DNA of 59,272 nt, taken from the NCBI GenBank assembly GCA_041170785.1, contig JBEDND010000252.1:1-59272 (forward strand), in the 5' to 3' direction. This document shows, one piece after another, positions 1 through 9,773 of the stretch. The notes under the pieces were generated by a model. It worked only from the letters and a program-made list of their open reading frames with translations. It did no database searches and was not told the origin of the DNA. This stretch comes from Bacteroidota bacterium. GTDB taxonomy: Bacteria; Bacteroidota; Bacteroidia; NS11-12g; UBA955. The translations under genes were made by a program, and so were the position numbers. Every line of letters starts with the position of its first letter. The first letter of the stretch is position 1.

Positions 1-1017
1 AGCAATGATGATGCGGTAGAACTTAGGTGCCTGTTTATAGCGTTTGTTCAATCCTTCGTTCCAACGAAAGGCTTCTGAAGTCATGTATGCGGTAGTGGCT
101 GCCAGCACCGGAATAGCCAGAGCACCTGTTCCAATAATGCCTAGCGCAAACAGCAGATATGCAGCATCGCCGGCCAGCGGTTTCAGGGCCAGGGCAGCAT
201 CTTCAATGGTTTCTATTTCGTTGATACCAGACGAATGAAGCACATTTCCGGAAGCAAGGATGATGAAGTAAAAACTCAGGTTGCTCAGCAACATTCCAAA
301 GCGCACATCGCTGTCCATAAGCAAAAACCTTTTCCTGCCCACCGGAAGATGCTGCTTCCGCAAAGCTTCAACCTCCATGTTGGACTGCCAGAAGAAGAGG
401 TAAGGGGAAATGGTGGTTCCCAGAATTCCCGTGAGCATAAGCATGTATTCCGGGCCCCATTGGATGTTGGGCAGAAAGGTATGGCGCAGGGCGGCAGCCC
501 AGTCGGTGGCAGTGATGAATGGAATCAGCAGGTAACAAACCAGCACCAGGGTGAGCCACTTCAGCACCCTGAAAATCTTCTGATAATTCCATCTGATCAT
601 GGCGTACAACAAGATTGCTGCAGCGATTATGGCGAAGAGTATTGGCGGCACCGCCGGAATCAACAGATGGCCAACCGCACCAACTGCAGCAAGGTCGGCG
701 CTGATGTTCAGCACGATGGATGGAAGCGACAGGAATAAAATAAATCCTCCCACCCAGGCCGGGTAATGTTGACGTATCACCGCCATCAATCCTTTGCGGG
801 TCACCATTCCGATGCGCGCGCACATGCGCTGCATGTTCACCATGAGTGGCCAGGTGAACAGGGCCGTCCACAGAAACTGTGGCCCAAAATGCGCACCTGC
901 CTGGGTATAAGTGGCAATCCCAGAAGGGTCATCATCACTGGCTCCGGTAATCAAACCCGGTCCGAGTTTGCGGAGCAGCTCCTTCAGGTTTGTATGTTTC
1001 TTTTTTCCGGTGGGCAT
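1..1017 (-). CDS. mntH: Nramp-family divalent metal (Mn2+/Fe2+) transporter, C-terminus cut by window edge
   Basis: Not in the ORF track because it is open at the edge. Minus-strand translation from the ATG (plus-strand cat at 1015-1017) gives MPTGKKKHTNLKELLRKLGPGLITGASDDDPSGIATYTQAGAHFGPQFLW..., the Nramp N-terminal signature. Continuous hydrophobic helices follow down to position 1, in frame for 339 codons. Track ORFs 235-738(+) and 368-871(-) are shadows of this gene. Confidence 0.85.
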   Translation of the reverse strand, partial: MPTGKKKHTNLKELLRKLGPGLITGASDDDPSGIATYTQAGAHFGPQFLWTALFTWPLMVNMQRMCARIGMVTRKGLMAVIRQHYPAWVGGFILFLSLPSIVLNISADLAAVGAVGHLLIPAVPPILFAIIAAAILLYAMIRWNYQKIFRVLKWLTLVLVCYLLIPFITATDWAAALRHTFLPNIQWGPEYMLMLTGILGTTISPYLFFWQSNMEVEALRKQHLPVGRKRFLLMDSDVRFGMLLSNLSFYFIILASGNVLHSSGINEIETIEDAALALKPLAGDAAYLLFALGIIGTGALAIPVLAATTAYMTSEAFRWNEGLNKRYKQAPKFYRIIIA

Positions 1018-1102
1018 CGAGCGTAAAAACCAACCTTTGGTAAAGGTGCTGTATTGCAAATGAAAGTTATTTCTATGCTTATCTTCGCGACTGTATAAAA
1101 CG

Positions 1103-2401
1103 ATGCCATATTTCTTCACATCTGAATCCGTATCTGAAGGACATCCGGACAAAGTAGCCGACCAAATTTCAGACGCCCTCATCGACAATTTTCTGGCTTT
1201 CGATCCTGAAAGTAAAGTAGCTTGTGAAACCTTGGTGACTACAGGTCAGGTGGTTCTTGCCGGCGAAGTAAAATCTGAAGCTAACCTTGACGTACAAGAG
1301 ATTGCACGTGAAGTAATCCGTAAAATCGGTTACACACGCGCCGAGTATATGTTTGAAGCAAACAGCTGCGGCATTCTGAGCGCAATCCACGAGCAAAGCC
1401 CCGACATCAACCAGGGCGTAGACCGCAAAAACCGCGAAGAACAGGGCGCCGGTGATCAGGGCATGATGTTCGGTTATGCCACCAGCGAAACGGACAACTT
1501 TATGCCGCTTCCGCTGAGCCTGTCGCACATGCTGTTGGAAGAGCTGGCTGCCATCCGCCGCGAAGGTAAAAAGATGAAATACCTGCGCCCCGATGCCAAA
1601 AGCCAGGTAACCATTGAATACTCAGACGACCATAAACCCATGCGCATTGATGCCATTGTGCTCAGTACCCAGCACGATGACTTCATCCAGCCTAAATCTC
1701 CTAAGGCCGCTGATGTAATAAAAGCTGACGAAGCCATGCTCACGCAGATTGATAAAGACGTGCGCGAAATATTGGTGCCTGCCGTGAAGAAGAAGCTGCC
1801 CAAAAGGCTGCATGGACTGTTCGGTACCGACATCAAATTCCACGTGAATCCTACCGGAAAGTTCGTGATTGGCGGACCGCATGGCGATACAGGTCTTACA
1901 GGCCGTAAAATCATCGTTGATACCTATGGTGGTCGCGGTGCCCACGGCGGTGGCGCTTTCAGCGGAAAAGATCCGAGCAAAGTGGACCGCAGCGCGGCCT
2001 ATGCTACCCGTCACATTGCCAAGAATCTGGTTGCTGCCGGGGTATGCGAAGAATGTTTGGTGCAGGTGAGCTACGCCATTGGCGTGGCAGATCCAATTGG
2101 TGTTTATGTGAACACCTACGGAACCTCCAAGGTGAACATGACAGATGGCGAAATTGCCGCAAAAATCATGGAAATGAAGGAGTTCAGCCTGCGCCCGTAC
2201 AACATCGAAACCCGTTTCAAGCTGCGCACCCCAATTTATCTGGAAACCGCTTCCTACGGACATATGGGCCGCGAAACCAAAACGGTAACCAAAACCTTCA
2301 ACAAGGGTAAGAAGAACGAAAAAACCATGAAGGTTACCCTGTTTCCTTGGGAAGCCCTGGATGCTGTACCCGCGGTAAAAAAGGTGTTTAAACTGAAGTA
2401 A
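1103..2401 (+). CDS. metK: S-adenosylmethionine synthetase
   Basis: 432 aa. N-terminus [18 protein letters not shown], plus [12 protein letters not shown] and [19 protein letters not shown] motifs typical of MetK. Confidence 0.97.
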   Translation: MPYFFTSESVSEGHPDKVADQISDALIDNFLAFDPESKVACETLVTTGQVVLAGEVKSEANLDVQEIAREVIRKIGYTRAEYMFEANSCGILSAIHEQSPDINQGVDRKNREEQGAGDQGMMFGYATSETDNFMPLPLSLSHMLLEELAAIRREGKKMKYLRPDAKSQVTIEYSDDHKPMRIDAIVLSTQHDDFIQPKSPKAADVIKADEAMLTQIDKDVREILVPAVKKKLPKRLHGLFGTDIKFHVNPTGKFVIGGPHGDTGLTGRKIIVDTYGGRGAHGGGAFSGKDPSKVDRSAAYATRHIAKNLVAAGVCEECLVQVSYAIGVADPIGVYVNTYGTSKVNMTDGEIAAKIMEMKEFSLRPYNIETRFKLRTPIYLETASYGHMGRETKTVTKTFNKGKKNEKTMKVTLFPWEALDAVPAVKKVFKLK

Positions 2402-2444
2402 GTTATTTATTGCTTCCGGGCTTGCGCCTTCGAAGGTGTTCAAA

Positions 2445-2470
2445 GGGTCAGATGTTCTCTGACCCTTTTT
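2445..2470 (+). terminator. Rho-independent terminator after metK
   Basis: Stem gggtcaga (2445-2452), loop tgttc, stem tctgaccc (2458-2465), then ttttt. It lies 44 nt after the metK stop, between convergent metK and trhO. Confidence 0.7.
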
Positions 2471-2572
2471 CTTTCCTGCAACACCAAACATCATCTGTGC
2501 ATCGCGCCACAGCAGGTTTGCGCCGCGTTTGTGCAGCGGAAGTGAAACGGACAGAATTTCGTTACAAAAGCA

Positions 2573-3601
2573 TCAGGGATTGTTCAGCAGGCGCAGTCCG
2601 CGGTAGTGGGCGGTGCCGCTGTTTTTGCGGATGCGTTTACGCAGGGCGCGCTGCTCCTCTTCGGGCAAGTGAATCACCTCGCGGCATTCATGGGAACAGC
2701 AGCCTTCCATACTTTGTGCACAGGCCTCACACTGAATAAACAGCAGGTGGCAGGCGTCGTTGGCGCAATTCACATGCGTATCGGCAGCCTGTCCGCACTG
2801 ATGGCAATGGGCAATGATTTCAGGAGTAATGCGCTCGCCCAAGCGTTCGTCAAACACAAAGTTCTTTCCGTGAAACTTGCTGGGCAATCCCAGTTCTTTG
2901 ATGCGCCGGGCGTATTGAATAATTCCGCCTTCCAGCTGATACACATTGGGGAAACCATTGTGCTTCATCCAGGCGCTGGCCTTTTCACAACGGATGCCGC
3001 CCGTGCAGTACATCATTACTTTCTTATCTTTTTCCTGGCCAATGAGCTGGATTACCTTGTCTAATTCTTCCCGGAAGGTATCGCAATCGGGCAGGATGGC
3101 GCCTTCGAAGTGGCCAACTTCGCTTTCATATTGATTGCGCATATCCACAATAACCACATCTTCTTCTTCCGACAAGCGGTTCCAATCTTCTGCTTTCAGA
3201 TGTGTGCCGGTTTGGGCGGGGTTGAAGCTGGGGTCATCAATTCCATCCGACACAATCTTATGGCGCACCTTCAGGTCGAGTTTGTAGAAGGATTTTCCAT
3301 TGTCGTCTACCGCGAAATTCAATCGGGTATCGGCCAGTCCCGGTAGCCGGTACAGCGCTTCGCGGAATTGTTCCAGCAGTGCGGTGGGAACGCTGATTTG
3401 CGCATTAATGCCTTCGTGCGCCACATAAACACGTCCAAGCACACCAAGTTTTGTCCATTCACGATAGCGTTGGTCGCGAAACTCCTGCACATGATCAATA
3501 GGAACGTAGCGGTAAAAAGAAAGGGTGGTGCGTGGCGTTGGATCGGCCATCATGCGGGCCTTGAGTTCTTTTTTATTGATGCGGTTATGCAATACCGTCA
3601 T
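2573..3601 (-). CDS. trhO: tRNA uridine(34) hydroxylase (rhodanese-domain protein, UPF0176/YceA family)
   Basis: SFYRY...[10 protein letters not shown]-terminal domain, rhodanese loop [12 protein letters not shown] and a Cys-rich C-terminal tail (HCHQCG...CEAC...CCSHEC). The start is moved from the track TTG at 3610 to the ATG at 3601, because a TAATTTTG promoter motif overlaps the TTG. Confidence 0.88.
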   Translation of the reverse strand: MTVLHNRINKKELKARMMADPTPRTTLSFYRYVPIDHVQEFRDQRYREWTKLGVLGRVYVAHEGINAQISVPTALLEQFREALYRLPGLADTRLNFAVDDNGKSFYKLDLKVRHKIVSDGIDDPSFNPAQTGTHLKAEDWNRLSEEEDVVIVDMRNQYESEVGHFEGAILPDCDTFREELDKVIQLIGQEKDKKVMMYCTGGIRCEKASAWMKHNGFPNVYQLEGGIIQYARRIKELGLPSKFHGKNFVFDERLGERITPEIIAHCHQCGQAADTHVNCANDACHLLFIQCEACAQSMEGCCSHECREVIHLPEEEQRALRKRIRKNSGTAHYRGLRLLNNP

Positions 3602-3607
3602 AACAGG

Positions 3608-3615
3608 CAAAATTA
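3608..3615 (-). promoter_or_regulatory. Bacteroidota -7 promoter element TAnnTTTG (TAATTTTG) upstream of trhO
   Basis: Plus strand caaaatta equals minus-strand TAATTTTG. It lies 6 nt upstream of the ATG at 3601. Confidence 0.5.
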
Positions 3616-3657
3616 CACCAGACCATGAAGGGCAGGTTATGACCCGTATCAGGAATT

Positions 3658-4746
3658 TCAGTGTACCAATGTACCGATGATCATTTTATGGTCGCTGGGT
3701 ACCCTGGCGTCGGTGCTGTAATCATAGGCAGTAAAGTAATCGCTGTGCAACAGGTAATCAATGCGGAAGCTGGGGAAAGGTCCCTGATAAGTTCGGTTCA
3801 GGCCTGAACCACTTTCTTTGAAAGCATCTGATAATCCTTGTGCCAGGCGGTAATAGGTATGGCTCATGGGTGCGTCGTTGAAGTCGCCGGCAAGGATTAC
3901 CGGATGCGGGCATGCAGCTATATGTGCCTTGAGTGAGTCAACCTGCACGGCGCGCATCTTCCAGGCCCGGTGCATGCGGCGCAAGATGTTGCGGCTGCCT
4001 TCCAGTCGCTTTTCGTTGTCGGCAGCGCCCTGTTTGATGAAGCGATAATCAGATCGGCCAAAGCGGATGGATTGCAGGTGGATGTTGTACACACGCACGG
4101 TATCTTTTTCGTACAGCAGATCCGCCCATGTACACATGTTCCCGGTGTTGTAGGCGAAGTTGATGATGCCGCGTTTGATTTGTTTATACCGACTTAAGAT
4201 GAGCATTCCGTACTGACCATATTTGCGTCCATCGTTCAGGCGTTCAAAATAGGCATAGGGAAGGCGTAGTCTTTTTTGAAAGAATTTAACGGTGCTGCTG
4301 TCGCCCTTTCCTTTATTCAGAAATTCCTGCATACAAACCAAAGTGGGAAGTTCCCGAGCCATGGCATCGGCAACAGCATTGGCGGTATATGCACCTTGGT
4401 GGTGGCCGAGAAGTTGGGTATTTAATGATGCGAACCGTATTCCTTCTTTGTCGGGGGGCAGGGCTTTGGCACCCAATTGTATGTAAGCACCGGAAAAATA
4501 TAGTGCCGGCAGCAAGGCCAACAGCGATACCCATGCGCGTTTCCGCAGCTGCGTGGTCCAATAAATCAGGAAAAACAAGTTTATCAGAAACAGGAAGGGA
4601 AATGCCAGACCTGCAAACGCGAATAAAGTTGTGGTTCTGGGGTCAACATATGGTGCAAGGCAGGAAAGCAGCAAGCCCAGCCATACTGCCCCGAAAAAGG
4701 GCAGCACCAACACATTCAGCGCGCGCATCAGCCAGGATATTCCCAT
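3658..4746 (-). CDS. Membrane-anchored endonuclease/exonuclease/phosphatase (EEP) family protein
   Basis: Three or four N-terminal TM helices ([53 protein letters not shown]). The EEP catalytic motifs follow: [21 protein letters not shown] and a C-terminal PSDHKMI. Confidence 0.8.
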   Translation of the reverse strand: MGISWLMRALNVLVLPFFGAVWLGLLLSCLAPYVDPRTTTLFAFAGLAFPFLFLINLFFLIYWTTQLRKRAWVSLLALLPALYFSGAYIQLGAKALPPDKEGIRFASLNTQLLGHHQGAYTANAVADAMARELPTLVCMQEFLNKGKGDSSTVKFFQKRLRLPYAYFERLNDGRKYGQYGMLILSRYKQIKRGIINFAYNTGNMCTWADLLYEKDTVRVYNIHLQSIRFGRSDYRFIKQGAADNEKRLEGSRNILRRMHRAWKMRAVQVDSLKAHIAACPHPVILAGDFNDAPMSHTYYRLAQGLSDAFKESGSGLNRTYQGPFPSFRIDYLLHSDYFTAYDYSTDARVPSDHKMIIGTLVH

Positions 4747-4747
4747 A

Positions 4748-5605
4748 TCAGTCGCCGCTTGCCCGGAATAGGGTTTGTTTTTCTTCTTCGCTCAAGCTTG
4801 GATAACCACTTCGGTTTATTTTATCCAAGATGGCATCTATTTCTGCCTGATTGGGTTTTTTTGTTCCAGCCCTTCCCTGTGTTGCGGAGCGTTCAGGAGC
4901 ATTGATCCATACTTTATGGCTGCGCTTGGGTTTTTTGGTCCTTTGGGGCAACGAAAATTGCAACCATGAAGGAAGTGAACCTTTCAGTGACAATGCATAT
5001 ACCAGGCCAAATGCAGCACCGCCAAGGTGCGCGAGCTGTCCACCGTCGTTCATCCCATCGCCAAGCCCGGCCAAATCTGTAAATACCCTGAACAGGGCAA
5101 TCCAGCGCAGCTGGATTGGCAAAACGCCAAAGAGGTAGATGGTATAGGTAGGGCGAAAACTTGCCGCAGCAACGATAATAGCTGTTACGCCTCCCGATGC
5201 ACCAACCATGGGCAACAGGGTTTGTTCGGCAAAAAAGGGAATCAGGTTGTAACACAACACAAACAACAGGCCGCCGGCCAAACCGCCAAATAAGAACAAT
5301 CGGAACAGATGCTGACGGCCAATCAAGTCTTCCAGGATGGTCCCTATAAAGAACAGCCAAAGCATGTTGCCCAATAAATGCATGAAGCCTGCGTGGAGGA
5401 AAATATAGCTGATCAATGACCAAGGTTGGCCAATCAGTGTATTCCATTCGGGCTGGAGGCGAAGCAAGTCAACCAGGGGCCTGGTGATGGGAACCAGACC
5501 AAGCAGTCCTGTGGCAATAAATACCAATACATTGAGCAGCATCAGGTCAACTGTTGCCGAGCGACTCAGTCCCAATTTCGAACGCAAAGGATCTAAAAAC
5601 TGCAT
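4748..5605 (-). CDS. Rhomboid-family intramembrane serine protease with a ~65-aa charged C-terminal tail
   Basis: FLHAGFMHLLGNM (HxxxN), GASGGVTA (catalytic Ser) and AHLGGAAFG (catalytic His). It starts 12 nt after the upstream rhomboid stop, and 1 nt separates its stop from the EEP gene start. Confidence 0.85.
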   Translation of the reverse strand: MQFLDPLRSKLGLSRSATVDLMLLNVLVFIATGLLGLVPITRPLVDLLRLQPEWNTLIGQPWSLISYIFLHAGFMHLLGNMLWLFFIGTILEDLIGRQHLFRLFLFGGLAGGLLFVLCYNLIPFFAEQTLLPMVGASGGVTAIIVAAASFRPTYTIYLFGVLPIQLRWIALFRVFTDLAGLGDGMNDGGQLAHLGGAAFGLVYALSLKGSLPSWLQFSLPQRTKKPKRSHKVWINAPERSATQGRAGTKKPNQAEIDAILDKINRSGYPSLSEEEKQTLFRASGD

Positions 5606-5617
5606 GTGTGTAAAGGC

Positions 5618-6328
5618 TTAATAAAACGTATCTCTTCGGGTTTTATTCCAATACCGTACCAGAAAATAACCAAATACGGCACCGCCAATATGGGCAAAAT
5701 GCGCCACCGGATCCCAGCGGAACTGGCCGATACCTAAACCTAAGTCCAGGATCAACACAATGGGAATCAGGTATTTGGCTTTGATGGGAAAAGGAATGAA
5801 CAGAAACATCATTTCCGAGTTGGGGAAGAAGGTGGCAAAGGCCACCATGATGCCATACAACGCACCGCTGGCGCCTACCATGGGCGTGAAGAGCCAGTTT
5901 CCGAGTTCTCGATAGGTTCCGAGATCATTCATAATGGCAACCTGTGCGGATTTGGATATCAACCAGAACTCGTAGCGCTCGTGGATCATCCACAGCTTCA
6001 CGCCGTAATCGAGCATCACTGCGCCAAGGGCCGAAACAAAATACAGGATGAGGAAACGTTTCGTTCCGAGGATGTTCTCCAACAATACCCCGAAGGTGAA
6101 CAGGGCCAACATGTTGAACAGCAGGTGGGCAATGCCACCATGCATGAACAGATGCGTGAATAGTTGCCAGGGTTTGAAGAATATCGAGTCGAAGTAGAAC
6201 AAGCCCAATATGTAGTACAGGTTGATGCCGCGTCCTTCCATCACGAAGGTTCCGAAGAACATGATGCCGCAAAGGATCATGATGTTCTTTACGGCCGGAG
6301 GAAATTGTTGGAAGCTGCGAAACTGCAT
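5618..6328 (-). CDS. Rhomboid-family intramembrane serine protease
   Basis: FMHGGIAHLLFNM, GASGALYG and AHIGGAVFG motifs with six predicted TM helices. It starts 2 nt after the mutL stop. Confidence 0.85.
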   Translation of the reverse strand: MQFRSFQQFPPAVKNIMILCGIMFFGTFVMEGRGINLYYILGLFYFDSIFFKPWQLFTHLFMHGGIAHLLFNMLALFTFGVLLENILGTKRFLILYFVSALGAVMLDYGVKLWMIHERYEFWLISKSAQVAIMNDLGTYRELGNWLFTPMVGASGALYGIMVAFATFFPNSEMMFLFIPFPIKAKYLIPIVLILDLGLGIGQFRWDPVAHFAHIGGAVFGYFLVRYWNKTRRDTFY

Positions 6329-6330
6329 GT

Positions 6331-8151
6331 TCAGATTTTTTTGAGTTGTTTGTTGATGCTTGAGGCGGAAAAGCCGATGAATACCGGCTTGCCGTCTGGG
6401 GTGAGTCCGGGCTGACTGCAGGAAAACAGTCGGTTGGCAAGGTCGGTAGATTCTTCCGGACTGAGGTCTTTCTTGCTGCTTACCGACTGTTGCCGGGCCA
6501 GGGCTCGGGCAGCACGTTCGGCAGTGCTCAGGTTCAGTTCGTCTTTTTGGTTGCGGAACTGTTCCAATAAAGCGTCCATCAGCTCCTGTTCGCTGCCCCG
6601 CTGATGTTCTGCCGGAAGTCCGTTCACAATGATGGTGTTTTTGCCAAATACTGCAATATCCAGGCCCATTTGCCGCAGTTCGGGCAACATCGACTCCAGC
6701 AATGCCATATCGGCAGCTTTCAACTCCAAGGTTCGTGGAAACAACAGCTGTTGTGACGCATTGCTGCGGTCTTGTGCACCCCTGATGAATTGTTCATACA
6801 GCACGCGCTCGTGGGCGCGTTGTTGGTCAAAAACATAAAGGTTTCCTTCAAAGCCGGCAGCAATCAGGCCGCTTTGTAATTTGATGGTACTGCTTGTTTT
6901 TGCGTTGATCCCCGGGGCAGGCTCAAAGTTGAGTGGAAGCTCGGTCTGCGCTGGTGCATCCACTTCCAGGTCGGGAAGTGAAAAGGCATTTTGCCAAGGC
7001 TGTTGGAAGCGCGGCTTCGACCATTCCTGCGCAAAGGGATTGTAAAATGGACGCTTTTCCCCTTGTCCCGGTACAGGCGGCGGCGCATGCCGGACCGGTG
7101 GCGCTGTGCGGAGCTGTTGCTCGATCCCGCCCAAACCGGAATGCGGTTCCATAGGGACCAGGTTATACAGGCCAAGAGCATGTTTCACAGCAGCGCGAAC
7201 AATGCTGTAGATGGAGCGGTCATCGTCAAACTTAACTTCTGTTTTGGTGGGATGCACGTTCACATCCACACGGGCTGGATCCAGTTCCAGAAACAATACA
7301 AACGATGGAAAAGCATCCGTAGCAATCAGCCCGTCAAAGGCCGTTTGTACAGCATTGTTCAGGTAGCTGTTTCTGATGAAACGCCGGTTTACATAGAAAT
7401 ACTGATCGCCGCGCGTTTTGCGTTCAGTTCCGGGTTTACCCACATAACCGCTGATACGCATCCAATCTGTTGCTTCCGCTACCTGCAGCAAATCTTGCTC
7501 CTTGATGCGGTCGAGAATCTGACTGATGCGCTTGGCTTGACTTTCCGGCGCCAGCCGATACACTTCATTTTGATGGTGGTTCAGCGCGCATTTGATTTCA
7601 GGGTATGCCAAGGCCATGCGGCAAAACTCATCAATGATGTGTCTGAGTTCCACCGAGGGGCTTTTGAGGAAGTTGCGACGGGCAGGAATGTTAAAGAACA
7701 GGTTCTTAACACTGATGCTGGTACCTTGCGGCGCCGCGGCAATTCCCTGTTCCAACACCTTGGAACCTTCAATGCGGATATACGTAGCGGTTTCATCATC
7801 AGGCCTTCTGGTGGTCATTTCCACCTGAGCCACTGCTGCAATGCTGGCCATGGCTTCGCCCCGGAACCCGAAACTGCGCAGACTGAATAAATCTTCTGCA
7901 CGTGCTATTTTGCTGGTGGCATGCCGTTCCCAACACATCCGTGCATCTGTGGGACTCATGCCTTTGCCGTTGTCTATCACACGGATCAGCCTGCTTCCCG
8001 CGTCTTCCATATACAAACGGATTTCCGTGGCGCCGGCGTCGAGGCTGTTCTCCATCAGTTCCTTCACCACACTGGCCGGACGCTGCACCACTTCACCGGC
8101 AGCAATTTGGTTCGCAACAGCGTCGGAAAGTAACTTGATGTAATCAGGCAC
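6331..8151 (-). CDS. mutL: DNA mismatch repair protein MutL
   Basis: VANQIAAGEVVQRPASVVKELMENSLDAGA, IDNGKGM and the C-terminal dimerisation region. The track ORF runs to 8304. I start at the in-frame GTG at 8151 (VPDYIKLLSDAVANQIAAGEV), which gives the usual MutL N-terminus and avoids overlap with the upstream gene stop at 8198. Confidence 0.88.
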   Translation of the reverse strand: MPDYIKLLSDAVANQIAAGEVVQRPASVVKELMENSLDAGATEIRLYMEDAGSRLIRVIDNGKGMSPTDARMCWERHATSKIARAEDLFSLRSFGFRGEAMASIAAVAQVEMTTRRPDDETATYIRIEGSKVLEQGIAAAPQGTSISVKNLFFNIPARRNFLKSPSVELRHIIDEFCRMALAYPEIKCALNHHQNEVYRLAPESQAKRISQILDRIKEQDLLQVAEATDWMRISGYVGKPGTERKTRGDQYFYVNRRFIRNSYLNNAVQTAFDGLIATDAFPSFVLFLELDPARVDVNVHPTKTEVKFDDDRSIYSIVRAAVKHALGLYNLVPMEPHSGLGGIEQQLRTAPPVRHAPPPVPGQGEKRPFYNPFAQEWSKPRFQQPWQNAFSLPDLEVDAPAQTELPLNFEPAPGINAKTSSTIKLQSGLIAAGFEGNLYVFDQQRAHERVLYEQFIRGAQDRSNASQQLLFPRTLELKAADMALLESMLPELRQMGLDIAVFGKNTIIVNGLPAEHQRGSEQELMDALLEQFRNQKDELNLSTAERAARALARQQSVSSKKDLSPEESTDLANRLFSCSQPGLTPDGKPVFIGFSASSINKQLKKI

Positions 8152-8197
8152 TGATGCAAAAATATAGTTATGTGCGGTGGTTTGGCGAAACGCCCGC

Positions 8198-9499
8198 TCA
8201 GCCATTCTGTGCCCAATTGCCCCGATCCATGGGGCTAAACTGCCAGGGAGCACCATTGTTCTCCATATTGGTGAGCATCCCGTTGAGTTCTGAAGGTGCG
8301 GCACTTTGTTCCATCACCAGATATTGGCGCATCTGTATGATGATGTCCACCGGGTTGATGTTTACTGGACAAGCTTCTGCGCATGCATTACAGGTTGTAC
8401 AGGCCCAGAGTTCTTCTGCGCTGATGTATGAATGGAGGTTTTTTTCATCCTGCACGCCACGGTCTATGTTTGTGCCGTGTTCCTCCAGGCGGTCTCGGGT
8501 ATCCATCATCACCTTTCGGGGACTCAGTTTTTTACCGGTGATGTTTGCCGGACAAACGCTGCTGCAGCGCCCACATTCGGTACATGTATAAGCGTCCATC
8601 AGGTTTTTCCAGCTGAGGTCTTGTACATCACGGGCGCCAAATCCTGAGGGAGGCTGGTAACCTTCCGGCGCAGCCGCTGAAGGATCGAGCATCAGCTTCA
8701 CTTCCGTAGTTACCGATTCCATGTTTGCAAATCCGCCTTTGGGTTGTTGGGCGGTGAACCAGGTGTTGGGGAAGCTCATGATGATGTGCCAGTGTTTGCT
8801 GTAAGGAACGTAGTTCAGGAACAGCAAGATACCGATGATGTGGAACCACCAGGCACCGCGTTCCAGCATCATCAGACTGTTGTTGGACCAAGATTCAAGC
8901 AGTGGTGTGAGGAACATGCTCACGGGGAAGGTTCCGGCATGGTGAAAGCCCTCGTGGTAGCGGCTTTGAAGCAGCTGATCGGCGGCATTCATGAAAAGCA
9001 GCGCCATCATCAGTACAATTTCAACAATCAGGATGGTGGCTGCATCGCGCTGTGGCTGTCCTTCCAGCTCGGGGCTTTGCAGGCGCTTCAGTTTTAATGC
9101 ATAGCGGCGCGCCAGAAAAACCACACAGGCCACAAGCACGGCCAAGGCCAGCAATTCGAAGAATCCGATGGCTACATCGTACAGGATCCCGATGGAACTG
9201 AATACCCGATGGGTTCCGGCAAGTCCATCCACCAGAATTTCCAGCACTTCTATGTTGATGAGCACAAAGCCGGCATAGATGAGGATGTGGAAGAAGCCGG
9301 CAACGGGCCGAACCACCATTTTACTTTGTCCCAGCGCCACGCGGGTCATGGTGCGCAGGCGCCATTTGAAATCACCGGGAATATCCACATCCCTGCCAAG
9401 CAGGATGTTCCTCCTGATGAAGCGCACGCGTTTCACGAAAAACCAGATGGAAACAGCAAGCAGCAGGGCGAACAATATCTGAGAAATCCACTGAGGCAT
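8198..9499 (-). CDS. Membrane-bound (Fe-S)-binding oxidoreductase subunit: N-terminal 5-TM NarI/HdrE/DsrM-like module fused to a 2x[4Fe-4S] ferredoxin domain
   Basis: Five predicted TM helices with His inside TM2 (GFFHILIYAGF) and TM5 (WWFHIIGILLF, SKHWHII). Two CxxCxxCxxxCP motifs follow (CTECGRCSSVCP, CTTCNACAEACP). Confidence 0.8.
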   Translation of the reverse strand: MPQWISQILFALLLAVSIWFFVKRVRFIRRNILLGRDVDIPGDFKWRLRTMTRVALGQSKMVVRPVAGFFHILIYAGFVLINIEVLEILVDGLAGTHRVFSSIGILYDVAIGFFELLALAVLVACVVFLARRYALKLKRLQSPELEGQPQRDAATILIVEIVLMMALLFMNAADQLLQSRYHEGFHHAGTFPVSMFLTPLLESWSNNSLMMLERGAWWFHIIGILLFLNYVPYSKHWHIIMSFPNTWFTAQQPKGGFANMESVTTEVKLMLDPSAAAPEGYQPPSGFGARDVQDLSWKNLMDAYTCTECGRCSSVCPANITGKKLSPRKVMMDTRDRLEEHGTNIDRGVQDEKNLHSYISAEELWACTTCNACAEACPVNINPVDIIIQMRQYLVMEQSAAPSELNGMLTNMENNGAPWQFSPMDRGNWAQNG

Positions 9500-9503
9500 A
9501 GGG

Positions 9504-9511
9504 CAAAAGTA
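9504..9511 (-). promoter_or_regulatory. -7 promoter element TAnnTTTG (TACTTTTG) upstream of the Fe-S gene
   Basis: Plus strand caaaagta. Only 4 nt separate the motif from the ATG at 9499. Confidence 0.5.
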
Positions 9512-9773
9512 AGCACGCCTGCCAAAGCTATCAACCCCGTTTGCGCCTCAAGGACAAGAAGGGCTGTTCCTTTATTGGATGGCCGGTGGAAGTTGGATGA
9601 GCTAAACCTATTGTTTTCGGTGGCTACACAACTTCGTCGACTGTTTTTCCCAGCCGGATAAACACCATGTTAACAAGGTTGACAGCTGCCTCCAACGCTG
9701 TTATTGCGGAGGGAACCGTCTATGTTTGACTGCATTTACGGCTTGGGTGATGAGCCCGGGCAAGCGCAACGTA

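Noticed and set aside
235-871. Track ORFs 235-738(+) and 368-871(-) at the left edge.
   Set aside because: Both lie inside the open-ended minus-strand Nramp gene (1-1017). That gene gives a clean transporter translation in a different frame.
1018-1102. A possible SAM riboswitch upstream of metK, or a Mn (yybP-ykoY) riboswitch upstream of the divergent Nramp gene.
   Set aside because: The shared intergenic region is only 85 nt. I can see only a 6-bp hairpin (1033-1047) and none of the conserved cores I can recall for SAM-I, SAM-II or yybP-ykoY. A covariance-model scan would be needed to be certain.
6331-8304. N-terminal extensions in the ORF track. Examples are MutL to 8304, GT39 to 19585, ugd from 46452 and the BNR protein from 53799.
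   Set aside because: The extensions overlap upstream genes or promoter motifs and encode non-conserved sequence. In-frame internal starts reproduce the canonical family N-termini and give ATGA-type coupling or clean intergenic spacing.
9500-9773. The largest intergenic gap in the window (274 nt), inspected for a tRNA, small RNA, small ORF or terminator.
   Set aside because: There is no T-loop-like GTTCGAATC, no convincing stem-loop with a T-run, and only very short ORFs (19 aa or less). Apart from the TACTTTTG promoter motif at its left end, nothing can be supported by eye.
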